From: Eledone cirrhosa
Lineage: Eukaryota
NCBI GenBank assembly: GCA_964016885.1
Contig: OZ024751.1
Coordinates: 28,892,001 to 28,956,000, forward strand
Reading direction: 5' to 3'
Length of the DNA: 64,000 nt
Position 1 is the first letter of the stretch; the number at the start of each line of letters is the position of its first letter. The notes under the pieces are model-generated. The model saw only the letters and a program-made list of their open reading frames with translations. It was not told the DNA's origin and searched no databases. Both the position numbers and the translations under genes were made by a program. This document shows positions 25,756 to 38,463 of the stretch, piece after piece.

Positions 25756-27129
25756 ATATATATGCATGCACATATTTCCATGTGTATCTTGTCTACATGG
25801 AGAAAGTAGTTTATATGCGCATGTATGTTTGAACATGTGTGTATATAGGTTAAGCATTTTGTGTGTGAGTATATACATACATTAAGTATTTTGTATGTAT
25901 ATATATATTTATGTGTGTGTGAATGTATGTTTAAAGTGCATATTTATGATTGATTATATATCCATTTATGCACATAAATATGGATTATATTTATATATAC
26001 ATGCACATAAATGTATTTTATGTGTATGTGTGTATATACATACACACATACATGCATATATTATGGAGAAAATCCTGTCCCGCAGATGACATGGATGTAT
26101 GTGTGTGACAGGGTGGCTGGGTGGGGGATTTTTTACATCAAGAATTATTTTTGTTTTAGAAGGAAAAAAACACACACAAACAAAATTAAATAATATAAAA
26201 GCTTAATTTGAATAATCAGAAATTCAAATATGAATATAATAATAATGTTAGTGTTTATAGTAATAACAAGAATAATAATAATAATAATAATGATGGTAAT
26301 ATGTGTTTATAGCAATGACGATATTAATAATAACAATAGTGTTTATGATAATAATAATAAAAATGATAAAAATAAAAATAGTAATGGTATATGTAGAATT
26401 AAGTTTCCTATTTTTTTTATTTTAAACTCATTTTAAACACATAAATCTGTATATGTGTGTGTATTTATGTATGTGTAGCCTTCTATACCGTCTGTACTTT
26501 AATATTAAATAATTGTTTGCTTTCATTTATTGTCTAATTATGGTTGTATTAGTCATATTTGCACTGTTATTTATTCAGGTTGTTATCATTATTTATGTCT
26601 CTATCTGTGTATGTATGTGTATACATATGGTGTAGCTTTCAGGGGTCCCAGAAACCTATTGAAGATTTATTTTTATTTTTATTATTATTTCTAGCGATTC
26701 TAATCAACTGGAGATGGACTAGGTTAGTCTTCAACCTCTTTGTATTCATGGTTGCTGTGGCCACTGCATTTGGTCATTTTTCTTGGTGTCACACTTTATA
26801 ACTCTTGTCTTACTCTGGATAATATTGTTTAGCTTTTTGATTCATTGAGTATTTTGTGATTGCCTTAAATAACTTGATTAGTACTTGCTATATGGCAGCT
26901 ACAACTTTGATTCATATCCAATATTATATATATACGTCCCACCCTTGCAAGCAGGGAAAAGCGGACGTAAAATGATGATGATGATGATGATGATATATAT
27001 ATGCACTCAAAACTATAGTGATCCTCAGAAGACAGCTATGAGCGGGAATTGTCCTTGATTTTGTGTCTTCCGTGTTTTCACCCACATGATTTTTAATAAT
27101 ATTTACTGGTAACCACACAGATAGTCTCA

Positions 27130-27627
27130 GCAAAAGAAAGACCAATAGAAACAATTAGTTGTGACAGGCAGATAGTATCAGTAATGCAAAGATCAATGGA
27201 AATATTGTTTCCTTGGTCTGATCTGATGATCAGCTCCTTTCTTCTGTTAGTTGTAATTGCAATAGAAAAACCAATAGAACATGGTTTCCTTTGATTGATA
27301 TGATCCTCTTTCCTCTGCCAGGATTTGTAACAGTTAGATAGCATTGGCAATAAAGAAGACCAGGAGAAACATCCTTGGACTGATCTGATGATCAGCTCCT
27401 TCTGTCAGGAGCTGTGACAGGCAGATAATATCAGCAATAGAAACACGGTTTCTTTGGACTGATCTGAAGATTCTCTTCTTTTTACTGCCAGGATTGGTAA
27501 CAGGTAGATAGCATTGGCAATAAAGAGACCAGCAGATACATTGTTTCCTTCGACTGATCTGATGATCAGCCCCTTTGTTCTGCGAAGAGTTGTGACAGGC
27601 AGATATTATCAGCAATAGAAAGACCAA
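27130..27627. repeat. Degenerate tandem duplication, about 170-180-bp unit x3
   Basis: Repeated CTGATCTGATGATCAGC..., GTGACAGGCAGATA.TATCAG and TAGATAGCATTGGCAATAAAG. Confidence 0.75.
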
Positions 27628-28182
27628 AAAAAAAAAAAGAAAAATAGTTTTCTTGGTCTTATCTTTCTTTCCTTCCTTCCTTCCTTTTTTTATTGGCTGA
27701 ATTAAACTCCGTTAAAGGTTTTCTCTTAAGTTGTGTTATTCCGGGTTTTTTTTTGTTTCTTATTTACCTCAATACCTTTGTATATTTATCTATAGTTAAC
27801 TCTATTATACTTTGCTTGATCTTTAAGGTCTTGCAATCATGTTGTCAATACTACCATGGATTTAGATAAATCATTAAAATCAATTTACTCAACTGCAGAA
27901 TTGAAGAAGAAATAAAATGTGATCCCACAACAACCATTGATTTCATGCTTGAAAAGGTTAACATTAAAAAATATTCAATGTAGTTGTTTAAAAAAATGTA
28001 AAAAAATATGATATTCTGACAAATTTAACCCTTTTGATACCGAAACTGCCTAAAAACACTACCGATTCTATGATACAAACCATTTTAAAGTCTCTGTATA
28101 TATCTAAAAACCTTCCATCATACTATTATGTATGGAACTGCTTGAAAACACCCCTGGGTCTTTGATACAAAGCTGTTTAAAA

Positions 28183-28217
<35 letters not shown>

Positions 28218-28220
<3 letters not shown>

Positions 28221-29178
28221 TCATCATCATCATCATCATCATCACTGTTTTGCATCTGTTCCTCCACGCTAGCATGGGTTAGACAGGTCGTCCTGTTGTG
28301 GGCAGTGTCTGGTCGGCTGACCTTGTCTTGCTCATACGGGAACTGATTCTGGCTTAATTTCTACAGCTGGATGCCCTTCCTAACACCAACCATGTTTACA
28401 GTGTGGACTGGGAGGTTTTTACCGTGTTACCTACACGGCCACATTACAGCATGAACTGTGTTTTTTTGTTGTGACACCTACACGACCTCATTTATTTAGG
28501 ACTGGATGTTGAGGTACCGACATAACTTTACAGAGAAAGGGGTGGTGTTGATGGGGTTGGAGTGGGCGGTTGGGGTAGTGGGATGGGGTGTATATTTGAT
28601 TAAGAGGTGCCTACTGACTGTAGGTTTCACTTTGTACTTAGGCAAGGTGGGTTTTCTGTATTACTGCGTAGAGTCAAAGATCTCGGTCCAGTGACATTGT
28701 CTTAGAGAGGTGTAAGTGTGTAAGGTCGGAATTTATCAAATCATCCAAGGTTTTTCTGGGTCTACCCACTCCGTAACTTCCGTCAATTTTGATCACCCTG
28801 CACTTTTTTATACAGCTGTCCTCTTTCATGCGCATCACGTGACCAAACCAACGTAGTCTTCTCTCGAGTAAACAGCATCTGATCCCTCTTATACCTAATT
28901 TCTCCCTTAGTTCATATATGCTTTGCTGTTCACGTATATTACTATCACACATCCAGCAGAGCATGCAGGCTTCGTTCCTCTCCAGTCTGCGCAGATCCTC
29001 TGCACACAATGCCCAGGTCTCACTGCCATGTAACATAGCTGTTCGTATGCAGGCATCATACAGCCTGCCTTTCATTTTTAGAGAGAAACCTTTAGCAGCC
29101 AACAGTGGTATAAGCTCTCTGAACTTTTTCCATCCCGTTCTGATTCTGGCCACTGTACTTTCTGAGCACCCTCCTCCA

Positions 29179-29181
<3 letters not shown>
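28218..29181 (-). mobile_element. RTE-clade LINE 3' fragment
   Basis: ORF 28674-29181 (ISGGGCSESTVARIRTGWKKFREL...LRWFGHVMRM...GRPRKT). 3' UTR and (ATG)n tail as in 13991-14975. Confidence 0.93.
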
Positions 29182-29237
<56 letters not shown>

Positions 29238-29419
29238 CCCTTCTATCATAGTATTATGTTAGAACCTTTATGTTCCAAACACCAACCTAATGAAAAAAAT
29301 TAGTTAATGTTATTATTTTGTCTAACTTTACAATGCCTGGCTCAGTGGTTAGAGAATTGGGTTTGTAATTTAGAGGTTGTGAGTTTGATTCTCGGACTGG
29401 GTGATACGTTGTAGGAAGA

Positions 29420-29930
29420 TATTCCAGAGATGGTAGAACATGGGTGTCCTGCTACTCTCTTCTTCCTCTTTTCCTCCTCTTTTCACTTTTCCTCCCCCTC
29501 CCCTTCTTCCTCTTTTCCTCTTCCTCCCCCTTTCTCTCCTTCTCTTCCTCCCCTTTTTCCTCCTCTTCCTTCTCCTCAGCCAGATATGGTAGAGCCTGTG
29601 TGTTCTGCCACCCTCCCCGTCTGCCTCTTCCTTCTTTTCTTCATCACCCTTCCTCCTCCAGAAGTAGGTAGATATTCCAGAAATGGTAGTCACCCTCTTC
29701 TTCCTCTTCTGCCGCCTCTACATTCTCCTCCTGCTACTTCTCTTCTCCCTCATCCCTATCATTACCACCACCTCCTCAGCCAGAGAAGTAGGTAGATAGT
29801 CCAGAGAAATGCTAGAGGCTGTCTGTTCTGTCACCCTTCTCCTCCCCTTCCTTCCTCCCTCCCTCCTCACCTCAGCCAGAAGTAACTATACAGTCCAGAG
29901 AAATATTAGAGGCTGTGTGTTCTGGCACAG
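29420..29930. repeat. Pyrimidine-rich low-complexity region with a recurring motif
   Basis: CAGAAGTAGGTAGATATTCCAGA..TGGTAG-like motif repeated 4-5 times. Confidence 0.6.
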
Positions 29931-30211
29931 ATTCCTGCAAGTGATCAATTAAGGTGATAAACACTAAATTATCTCACTTGTTTACTTAGTTTGGCTCAAC
30001 ATCAAAACTGTGATTTTTCTCAAATATATTTCATAACTAGATACTAATAAACTACTAGAATCACACACAGTGAGTGGTGGGGGAGGTCTTTAAAGATTTA
30101 TATATTATAATTTTCACAGTTGTGTATGTTTAAAACACACACACACACACACATCATCGTTTAACGTCCATTTTCCACGCTACCATGGGTTAGACATATA
30201 TATATATATAT

Positions 30212-30409
30212 GAAAAAGTATGACCCCGACGGCTGAGCTCAAGCCGTTACGACGGCTATTTCTGGACTCAGTCCAGAAATAGCCGTCGTAACGGCTTGAG
30301 CTCTGCCGTCGGGGTCATACTTTTTCCTATTTCCCACTCTACTACCCTAAGTATTGAGTACTCTGGTGCGTTATGGTCCATCTGGTTCCTTACCACAATT
30401 CCTTTGTTA
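30212..30409. mobile_element. 57-bp-arm palindrome plus 3' segment (Penelope-like terminal fragment, inferred)
   Basis: Arms 30212-30268 and 30270-30326 with one mismatch. 30332-30408 matches the reverse complement of 501-576. Confidence 0.6.
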
Positions 30410-30423
30410 TATATATATATATA

Positions 30424-30642
30424 TCATCATCATCATCAACGTTTAACGTCCGTGTTCCACGCTTGCATGGGTTTGGACGGGGGTTTTCCCACTTGAGGCA
30501 AGAGTGGTTGTCTTGCTCGCATAGGACTGTCTGGCGGGTTTTCTACGGCTGGATGCCCTTCCTAACACCAACCACATTTACAGTGTGGGGCTGGGAGATT
30601 TTTACCGTGTTGCCTACACGGCCACATTACAGCATGGACTGT
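30424..30642 (-). mobile_element. RTE 3' UTR fragment
   Basis: GGATGCCCTTCCTAACACCAACC motif and (CAT)n tail. Near-identical to 38463-38685. Confidence 0.8.
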
Positions 30643-30719
30643 ATATATATATATATATATATATAAATATATACACACACACATTACAGACTGTGTAGGT
30701 ATGTAAAATGTCCACTTCA

Positions 30720-31262
30720 CACACTAGTGACTCTGTGTATAAAATATACACATACATATACTAGAGACTGTATGTATAAAATTACATGTTTACACACTAG
30801 TGACTGGGTGTGTGTGTTTGTTGTGAAATATACATATATACACAGTAGTGATTTGGCCCATGTATATATACATAGAATATACACATATATACATAGAATA
30901 TACACATATACACTCTAGGGACCGGGCCTGTGTGTGTGTGTAAATTATACACATATACACACCAGTGACAGGCCCGTGTGTGTATAAAATATACATATAT
31001 ACACAGTAGTTAATAGACCCAAGTGTGTGTATAAAATATACGCATATACACAGTAGTTAATAGACTCAAGTGTGTATAAAATATACATATATACACAGTA
31101 GTTAATAGACTCAAGTGTGTATAAAATATACACATATACACAGTAGTTAATAGACCCAAGTGTGTGTATAAAATATACACATATACAGTAGTTAATAGAC
31201 CCAAATGTGTGTATAAAATATACACATATACACACTATTGACTGGACCCAAGTGTGTGTGTG
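30720..31262. repeat. About 41-43-bp minisatellite
   Basis: AAAATATACACATATACACAGTAGTTAATAGAC(C/T)CAAGTGTGTAT, degenerating leftwards. Confidence 0.85.
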
Positions 31263-32014
31263 TGTATATATACTAAAAGTTACCAGACTTTTTTCTGAAA
31301 TAGTCTGTTTTGTGTGGCTGTGTTCTGTTGACCTAAAATTCATTATTTTTCTTGTGTGTTTCTTCCTGTCAAAGATGATAGTGTCCTCTCCACCTTTTCT
31401 CCATTGCACAAATTTAACCGATTATGCTTTAAAATATTTGCTAAATTGATTTTTCTTCCTATAACTCTTGAGATGAATTATTGACTGCACTGTTTTTATG
31501 TCTTAGTTAAAACATAAATATGAGAAGAATAACCATGACAATAACTATGATGATATCCAGGTATCTGGACTTTTTTTTCTTGAAAGTCCCAAACGAGGCA
31601 TGAAGCCACTTAGTGTAAGGGACTATGAAGGAGAAGAAGAAATTGAGATGGAAAGAATTAATTTACTTTAGACTTGAAAGGAGGAGGAAAAAGAGATGGA
31701 AGAAAGTTCCAAAGTCTGGCAGTTTGAGGGGGAAAAGCTAGGACAGTAGAAAGACTTCCTTATTTGTGGAACCACAACAGTATTCACACCATCATAAGAA
31801 TAATCATAGCAAGGATTAACATTTGTCAGTCTTTCAGTTTCTTTAACCCTTTCATTATTGGATTGGCAGTAATCAGTAGAGTGCTGGAAAACATGCTTTG
31901 TGGGATAGTTATGGCCCTTTACGTTCTGAGTTCAATAATAAATATTAATGAAAAAAAAATTAGATGCAAAATAAACTATGTAGATTAATATTATTATTAT
32001 AATTATTATTAATA

Positions 32015-32228
32015 GGGTGGTCGATTGGTAGAGCATTGAACAATATGCTTTGTAGCATAGAGTTACGGCCTTTTACACTCTGAGTTCAAACCCCGCCGAG
32101 GTTAACTTTGCCTTTCATCCTTACGGGGTTGATAACATAAAGTACCAGTAATACACTGGGGTCGATTTGATGGACTTTCTCTTCCCCCATAACTGTTGAT
32201 ATTGTGACTAAATCAGAAAGCATTATTA
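32015..32228 (+). mobile_element. SINE family A, long-tail variant
   Basis: B box GAGTTCAAACCC and central domain. A head-only copy lies at 31858-31935. Confidence 0.8.
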
Positions 32229-32237
32229 TATTTCTAA

Positions 32238-33109
32238 CTAGCAGTGGTACCCGGCGTTGCACGGTATAAGGTATTTTGGAACGCGGGCCGCCAACAGACC
32301 TAATCGTGGAAAAACTGCATGCCTGGACAATATGTAAAGAAAATAAACCGAATACTCTGATGGCTGGATAATCTTTAAGATTTCCTCGATGAAACAGGAA
32401 AAATGCAGGTTTTCACCTAATGCGGGCCCTAGGGGATCAAGAAAATGAATTTTTTTTATGTGCATAATATGCCTTGAAATTTCGGGAAAATCGGCTAGAC
32501 ATAACGCCTCAAAAAAGCTGAAAAAATGAAGTTTTTCACCTAATGTAGGCCTTAGGCCATAAAAAAGTTGGATTTTCTTTGCTCAGGTTATGAAGAAGAG
32601 ACTGATTAATACATAGTTACAATTTCAAGGAAATCAGTCTGACGTAACGCCGCTAAAAATCTGAAAAACTGCAGTTTTTCACCTAATGGGGCCCCTAGGG
32701 ATCAAAAAGTTGAATTTTTTTATGTGCATAACACTCCCTGAAACATAATACACGTGAAGTTTGAAAAAAGTCGGTTGGGTACTTGAGTTTTAGGGATTCA
32801 AACTCACACACGCACACAGACATCCTCAGGGAAGTGACGTAATGCAGACATACAGACATATTATAAGGGCGCAACGTTATATGTATGTATCTATCTAAAA
32901 AGAGAAAGGTTAAGAATTATAGAGAGGTATCGCTAAATCGCCTAATGCGGTCCCTAGGGCATTGAAAATTTGAATTTTCTTTTGCTCATAACACTCACAT
33001 AAGTATTACATGTGTAAAGTTTGAAAACAGTCGGTTGGGTGCTTCTCGTATTTTAGGGATTCAAACTCTCACACACACAGACAGACATCCTCAGTTTTAT
33101 ATATATAGA
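32238..33109 (-). mobile_element. Non-autonomous Helitron (872 bp)
   Basis: On the minus strand it starts TC(TATATATATAAAAC) and ends ...CCGTGCAACGCCGGGTACCACTG-CTAG with a subterminal GC hairpin. Inserted between A and T with no TSD. Contains internal ~130-150-bp repeats. Confidence 0.8.
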
Positions 33110-33227
33110 TGACAAACACTGCTTATGTCCTTCAAATAATTTCGAAAATATCCCAAGAATTAAGAGGGATTTTTAAAAATATAATGTTTCTCATTAAGCT
33201 GGTTCTAGGGGCTTAACTAAAAGGTTC

Positions 33228-33645
33228 TTGAGACTAGGTTTTGTCAAGTTATGTACAGTGAGGTGGGGTGGGGGGACTAGAGGGTTTTGTCAGGTTTACT
33301 TAGAGTGAGAGAGTAGAGTTTTTGTTAGGTTTACTTACAGGGTGGGTGGGAGACTAGAGGTTTTGTCAGGCTTTATGTAGGGTGGGAGACTACAAATTTT
33401 GTTAGGTTTACATACAGGATGGGTGGGAGATGAAGTTTTGTCAAATTTCTGTACAGCGTGGATGGGAGATTAGGTTTTGTAAAGTTTACTTATAGAGAGG
33501 GTGGCAAACTAGAGGCTTTGTCAAGCTTATGTACAGTGAGGGTGGGAGACTGCAGATTTTGTTAGGTTTACATACAGGGTGGTGGAGACTAGAGGTTCTG
33601 TCAGGTTTATGTAAAGAGAGTGCAGAGAGGGAGACGAGAGGTTTT
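33228..33645. repeat. Degenerate ~40-bp minisatellite
   Basis: GGGTGGGAGACTAGAGGTTTTGTCAGGTTTA...ACA, about 10 copies. Confidence 0.8.
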
Positions 33646-33844
33646 TAGAATTGTTATGGATCTCTCAGCTGGATTGGCAGCACATCAGGGACACTTGATG
33701 GCTACTAATAAGATATAGAGATGTACAGCCAGTAGCCAAACTGAGGTCATGGCTTTCAATGTTGTTTCACTTGTTCTTTGCCAACTATCTCATTATGCTG
33801 ACAGTAGTTGATTGTTATGATTCTATATTGAGCTAATAAAGCTT

Positions 33845-34362
33845 CCTCTCCCCTCTCTATCTTCTCTCTCTCTCACTTACACCCTCTCTCCCTCGCTCTC
33901 ACTCACTCCCCTCTCCCTCACTCTCACTTCCCCTCTCTCCCTCACTCTCACTTCCCCTCTCTCCCTCACTCTCACTCCCCCCTCTGTCCCTCGCTCTCAC
34001 TCCCCCCTCTGTCCCTCGCTCTCACTCACCCTCTCCCTCGCTCTCACTCCCCCTCTCTCTCACACACCCTCTCTCCCTCACTCTCTCACACCCTCTCTTT
34101 CCCTCATTCTCTCTCACACCCCCTCTCTCACTCGCTCTCTCACACCCCCTCTCTCACTCGCTCTCTCACACCCCTCTCTCACTCGCTCTCACACCCGCTC
34201 TCTCACTCGCTCTCTCACCCGCTCTCTCACTCGCTCTCTCACACCCTCCCTCACTCACACCCTCTCTCCCTTGCTCTGGCTCATCCCCTCTCTCGCTCAC
34301 ACCCTCTCTCCCTTGCTCTAGCTCATCCTCTCTCTCGCTCACACCCTCCCTCTCCACCCCTC
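33845..34362. repeat. (CT)-rich ~22-bp repeat
   Basis: Direct inspection. Confidence 0.9.
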
Positions 34363-35454
34363 CTTGACTGCTGTTTGAAAGTGAAAGTAGCCACCAGGAT
34401 AACTAATCTAACCTACAGAACAGAAAATGATTTGGTTTGAATGAGAAATTAATATTTTGAGAATTGTTTAAAAATGCCGTTAGGAGTGTATCCTAAGGCT
34501 GTGTCCTACAAATGTTTTGCTAAATATCCCTATGAATTTTTTTTTTTTTTTTAAATTCCCGCAAAACATTATTTATGATGACTGCCGCATACAGCATAAT
34601 TGAGGGTGTGTACGTGACCGATGTAGACGAAGGGCAATGAAGATGTCGAAGTGATGTCAGCTGTTCAAGATTACAGCTCCTCTACCACCACAGTAGTAAT
34701 TCTGATACATGAAGAAGTTTTGATTGACAGGTGGAGAACGAGAAGAATCAAGAAGTGGGCAACCATGAGTGGCTAGAAATACCGGTGAAGTGTACAATTC
34801 TTGACCACTCGTGGAATGACAACAACAGGATCTAAATCAACAAACGAAGAAATTCAATGTTAAAGGACTATAGGAAAATCTGCTTTGTAGAATCGAGACG
34901 TATCCGACAACCGTAAGATTTCAGAGTTAGGTATGATCAACATATCGATCATGCCTCAAGCTGGTCACCCGAGAAACATTTGTAATATGTCCAATAAATT
35001 CCATTCGTCGCAACACTGATTCTCTTTTTTCTGTGATATCATACTCTGCTCTACGAGGGCATCGAGTGTTCATACGGCCTACCGCATACGGGCGCTTTAA
35101 GCATCCAACACCAATTATATATATATCTATATATATATATCATCAGTATTTTGAGAATTTGGTTGGGTGTCAACTGTAATTAAAATCGAGTGCCGCGGCA
35201 TACTGTAGCTGTAGGTAGCGGTTTTTAGACACACCGGACTAATGAAACATTTGTTAATACTTGGAATAAACTCTACTGTACAGCTGATCCATGTTATTCT
35301 TCACTCATATATATATATATATAAATGCCTTGCCTATGTACAAAGCGAAACCTAATCAGTAGACACCTCTTAAGCCAATATACATCCCATCCCACTAACC
35401 CCCCCACTACCGCCAACACCAGCCTTTCTCTGTAAAGTTATGTTGGTACCACAA

Positions 35455-35733
35455 CATCCAGTCCTAAATAAATGAGGTCATGTAGGTGTCACGACAAAAA
35501 AACACACAGTCCACGTTGTAATGTTGCAGTGTAGGTAACACAGTAAAAACCTCCCAGTTCACACTGTAGACATGGTTGGTGTTAGGAAGGGCATCCAGCC
35601 GTAGAAAACCTGCCAGACAGTTCTATACGAGTGAGACATGGTCACCCGACCAATCTTGCCTCAAGTAGGACAATTCCCGTCTAAACTCATGCTAGCGTGG
35701 AAGATAGACCTTAAACGATGATGATGAGGATGA
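35455..35733 (+). mobile_element. RTE 3' UTR fragment
   Basis: GGTTGGTGTTAGGAAGGGCATCCAGCCGTAGAAA ... (GAT)n tail. Confidence 0.8.
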
Positions 35734-35849
35734 TATATATACACACATTATATTTATGTCTCATAACTAAGCAATCAAGCAAAAAGCGATTGATGAAATA
35801 CGTACCACACTTGAAAATACAGGATGCAGCAAAAATACCTCCCTCATCT

Positions 35850-36011
35850 TACTAAATCCCCCAAAAAATTATTCTGGAATTACAGGGAGTTTTTTCATTA
35901 GAAATCTGGTAATAAAAGGGTTAATATTATTACTAAATCCCTCAAAAATTATTCTAGAATCTCAGGCAGTGTCTTTTCATTAGAAATATGGTAATAAAAG
36001 GGTTAATATTA
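35850..36011. repeat. About 81-bp direct duplication ending in AAAGGGTTAA
   Basis: Two copies of TTACTAAATCCC...GGTAATAAAAGGGTTAATATTA. Confidence 0.8.
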
Positions 36012-37934
36012 ATAGTTCTTACGTCCATACATGTGGCTTAGTAACATCTTAACATGTGTTTTTTTAATGTTTCACATCTGGATATGATAAATTTTATTTG
36101 ATATTTAAAAATCATAAGGAAAGGTCATGGATAAAAAAAAACAACAGCAGAAAAAGAAAAAAAGACATTTAATTTCAATATAAAAGTCCTGTAATATTGT
36201 CTTTTTTATTTTTGCTCCTACATTTTTGTGTATCCAATATTAGATTTACATTGTTGTTATTTACATTATATTCAACAGTGTGTGTATGCATGTGTGTGAT
36301 AACAAGTGTAAAATAAATTTGTTGTGTCATGCTTTATTGTTTTGAAGAGAATTGCAGCTATTTTGCTCTGCTCTGCTCTGATCTGCTATGCTTTGCTGTT
36401 CTATAACCTGGTTTGTTCTCAATGCAGGTGATTGTAAAAAAGGAACCTTTGCCGAAGACTGACTCTTTGAGTGAAAGAGACACAGAGACAGACAGACAGG
36501 CAGATTGGTTGGTCTCTCTTTCTCTCTCTCTCTTCTGTTGGAATAGGGATGTATCTGAAAACAGAAGTGGAATCAATGAATGGTCTTTTCTTTGTACTCA
36601 GTCAGTGATCTGACAAAGAAATCAAAGACAATTGAAATATTGCAAAATATAAAAAAAGAAATTAAAATTAAATTAAATTAAAAACAAAATACCTTAAGAC
36701 AAACAATAACAACAAAAAAAAACTTGAAGAATAAATATAAAAAAAGCTTCAAATAAAAAATAACTGAAATTTAAAAAAAACAAACAAAAATCTTGTAATA
36801 TTTGCACCAAGAATTGTTTGCTGTATAATGTTTTTATTGTTTTATTTTTGTATATAAAGAACAAATATTAGTGGATTAAACAATCAGGAATATGAAGAAT
36901 TGTTGCATCGTTAGCCTAACGACTATTTTATCATCAGTACCAATATCACTCAATGACTTCATCACTGGTAGAACTCATTATTTCCCAAACCACCGATCTT
37001 TATTTTAGTCTGTTCTGCTACAATATTTTTAATGAAACACTCTGCCTGTGATGTTTAAATCATAACTGCTCTAACAGTAACCTTCTTCCACCTTTCTTGC
37101 ATCAAATTCACTTGCCATGTCTCAAAATCTTTGCATTGATGGCACTGCCTGTGATGCCTACTTCTCTCGATGTCACAGGTGCCCAGCACTACAGGGACCT
37201 GAACCTTCTTGACCCAGATGACGCCCTGGTGGTAATCTCCTGCCTCAGGCGGTTGCGATGTTATGAAGGGTTTATATGATGGCTGTGCAACTAAATTCTT
37301 GGTCCAAGCGAAAACGAGCAGTTATTGAAATTGAGGAGTCCAGATGGGGGAGTCCTCAATTTCAAGGATTCCAAACTTGTTTGTTTGTTTCAAGGAAATC
37401 CTTGTAACATTTTGAAGAATAAAATTATTTTTACAATAAATTTACGTTTTTCATTTTTGTTATTTCTATTTAAAATTGGTGATTCTGTGAACAATTTTTA
37501 TAAATTTAAGAAAAAAGAATTGTGCATGTGTGTGTTTTTAACTTAATTAATATCCAATGCTTTTTTAAAAAAAGAAACTTTATCATCACCATCATCATCA
37601 TCATCTGTTTATCATGCTAGCAAGGGTTGGATCAGGTTGTCACAGACCAAGTCAGTACTGAATTGATTCTAATGAAGCCAGGAGCTTCATCTTCTTTACA
37701 CATTCCTGCACTGTACATCATTCCCTTCCTTCATAATGTGACAGGTGGGGGCAGGTCTACTCAGCCCCACCTCCTTCACCTATAATATGACAGAAGTGAG
37801 TCTATTCACCCCACTCCTCCCTGGCACTATAACCCCCCCCCCTCCAATATATATACATATATATGATATATATAGTAATAATAAATTTGAAGACTAAAAT
37901 CCAAAGAGGGCTCGATAAGGATAAATATATATCT

Positions 37935-38400
37935 ATTTCTGTTCTATTGACGTCATTCCAGGGAGGAGGTTGCCCTCAGGCCATTTGACCTTTGGTAGGT
38001 TGAAGTCTCCCAGCAGTAGAATGTTGAGACTCTGGTCTAGTTTGTCAAGGACCTCTTCTATCCTACTGAGGCTATCCTCAAATTTACCCTCATGACTGGG
38101 GGCATCGGGCGGCCGATATGCGCCACATATTACTGTCTTTAGTTGCTTCATGTGTATTATCAGTGTGTCACAGACTGAGTTTGAATGTGTCAACAGTACA
38201 ATTGGTGTGACATCTTCACGGATATACAGAGCAACCCCACCATGAGTTCTCTCCTTCCTGTCTGAACGAAATACAGTATATTTCGGTATATGTATTTCTG
38301 CATCTGCTATACTGCTTGTCGGGTGCGTTTCGGTTAGTGCCATGCATAATGCTTGATTGCTTATGGCTAAGTCTCCCAGGCAGGAAATTGTTTATTGTAA
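37935..38400 (-). mobile_element. CR1-group LINE ORF2 apurinic endonuclease fragment
   Basis: ALTETH...FRSDR...GGVALYI...YRPP...LLGDFNLP..W motifs. Truncated at (TA)n. Confidence 0.88.
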
Positions 38401-38432
38401 TCCAGTTCGGGGTTAAGGTAAACTACATGATA

Positions 38433-38462
<30 letters not shown>

Positions 38463-38463
<1 letters not shown>

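Noticed and set aside
27380-27455. CTGATGA followed by a hairpin and a distant GAAAC
   Set aside because: About 25 extra nt separate the hairpin from GAAAC, and there is no stem I.
31550-31680. Possible exon (ESPKRGMKPLSVRDYEGEEEIEME)
   Set aside because: It is flanked by stops. At most it weakly resembles a decayed LINE RT C-terminus.
37117-37260. Antizyme-like +1 frameshift or selenocysteine readthrough at TCT-TGA
   Set aside because: The +1 frame closes at 37279 with no antizyme similarity, and no SECIS element is recognisable.
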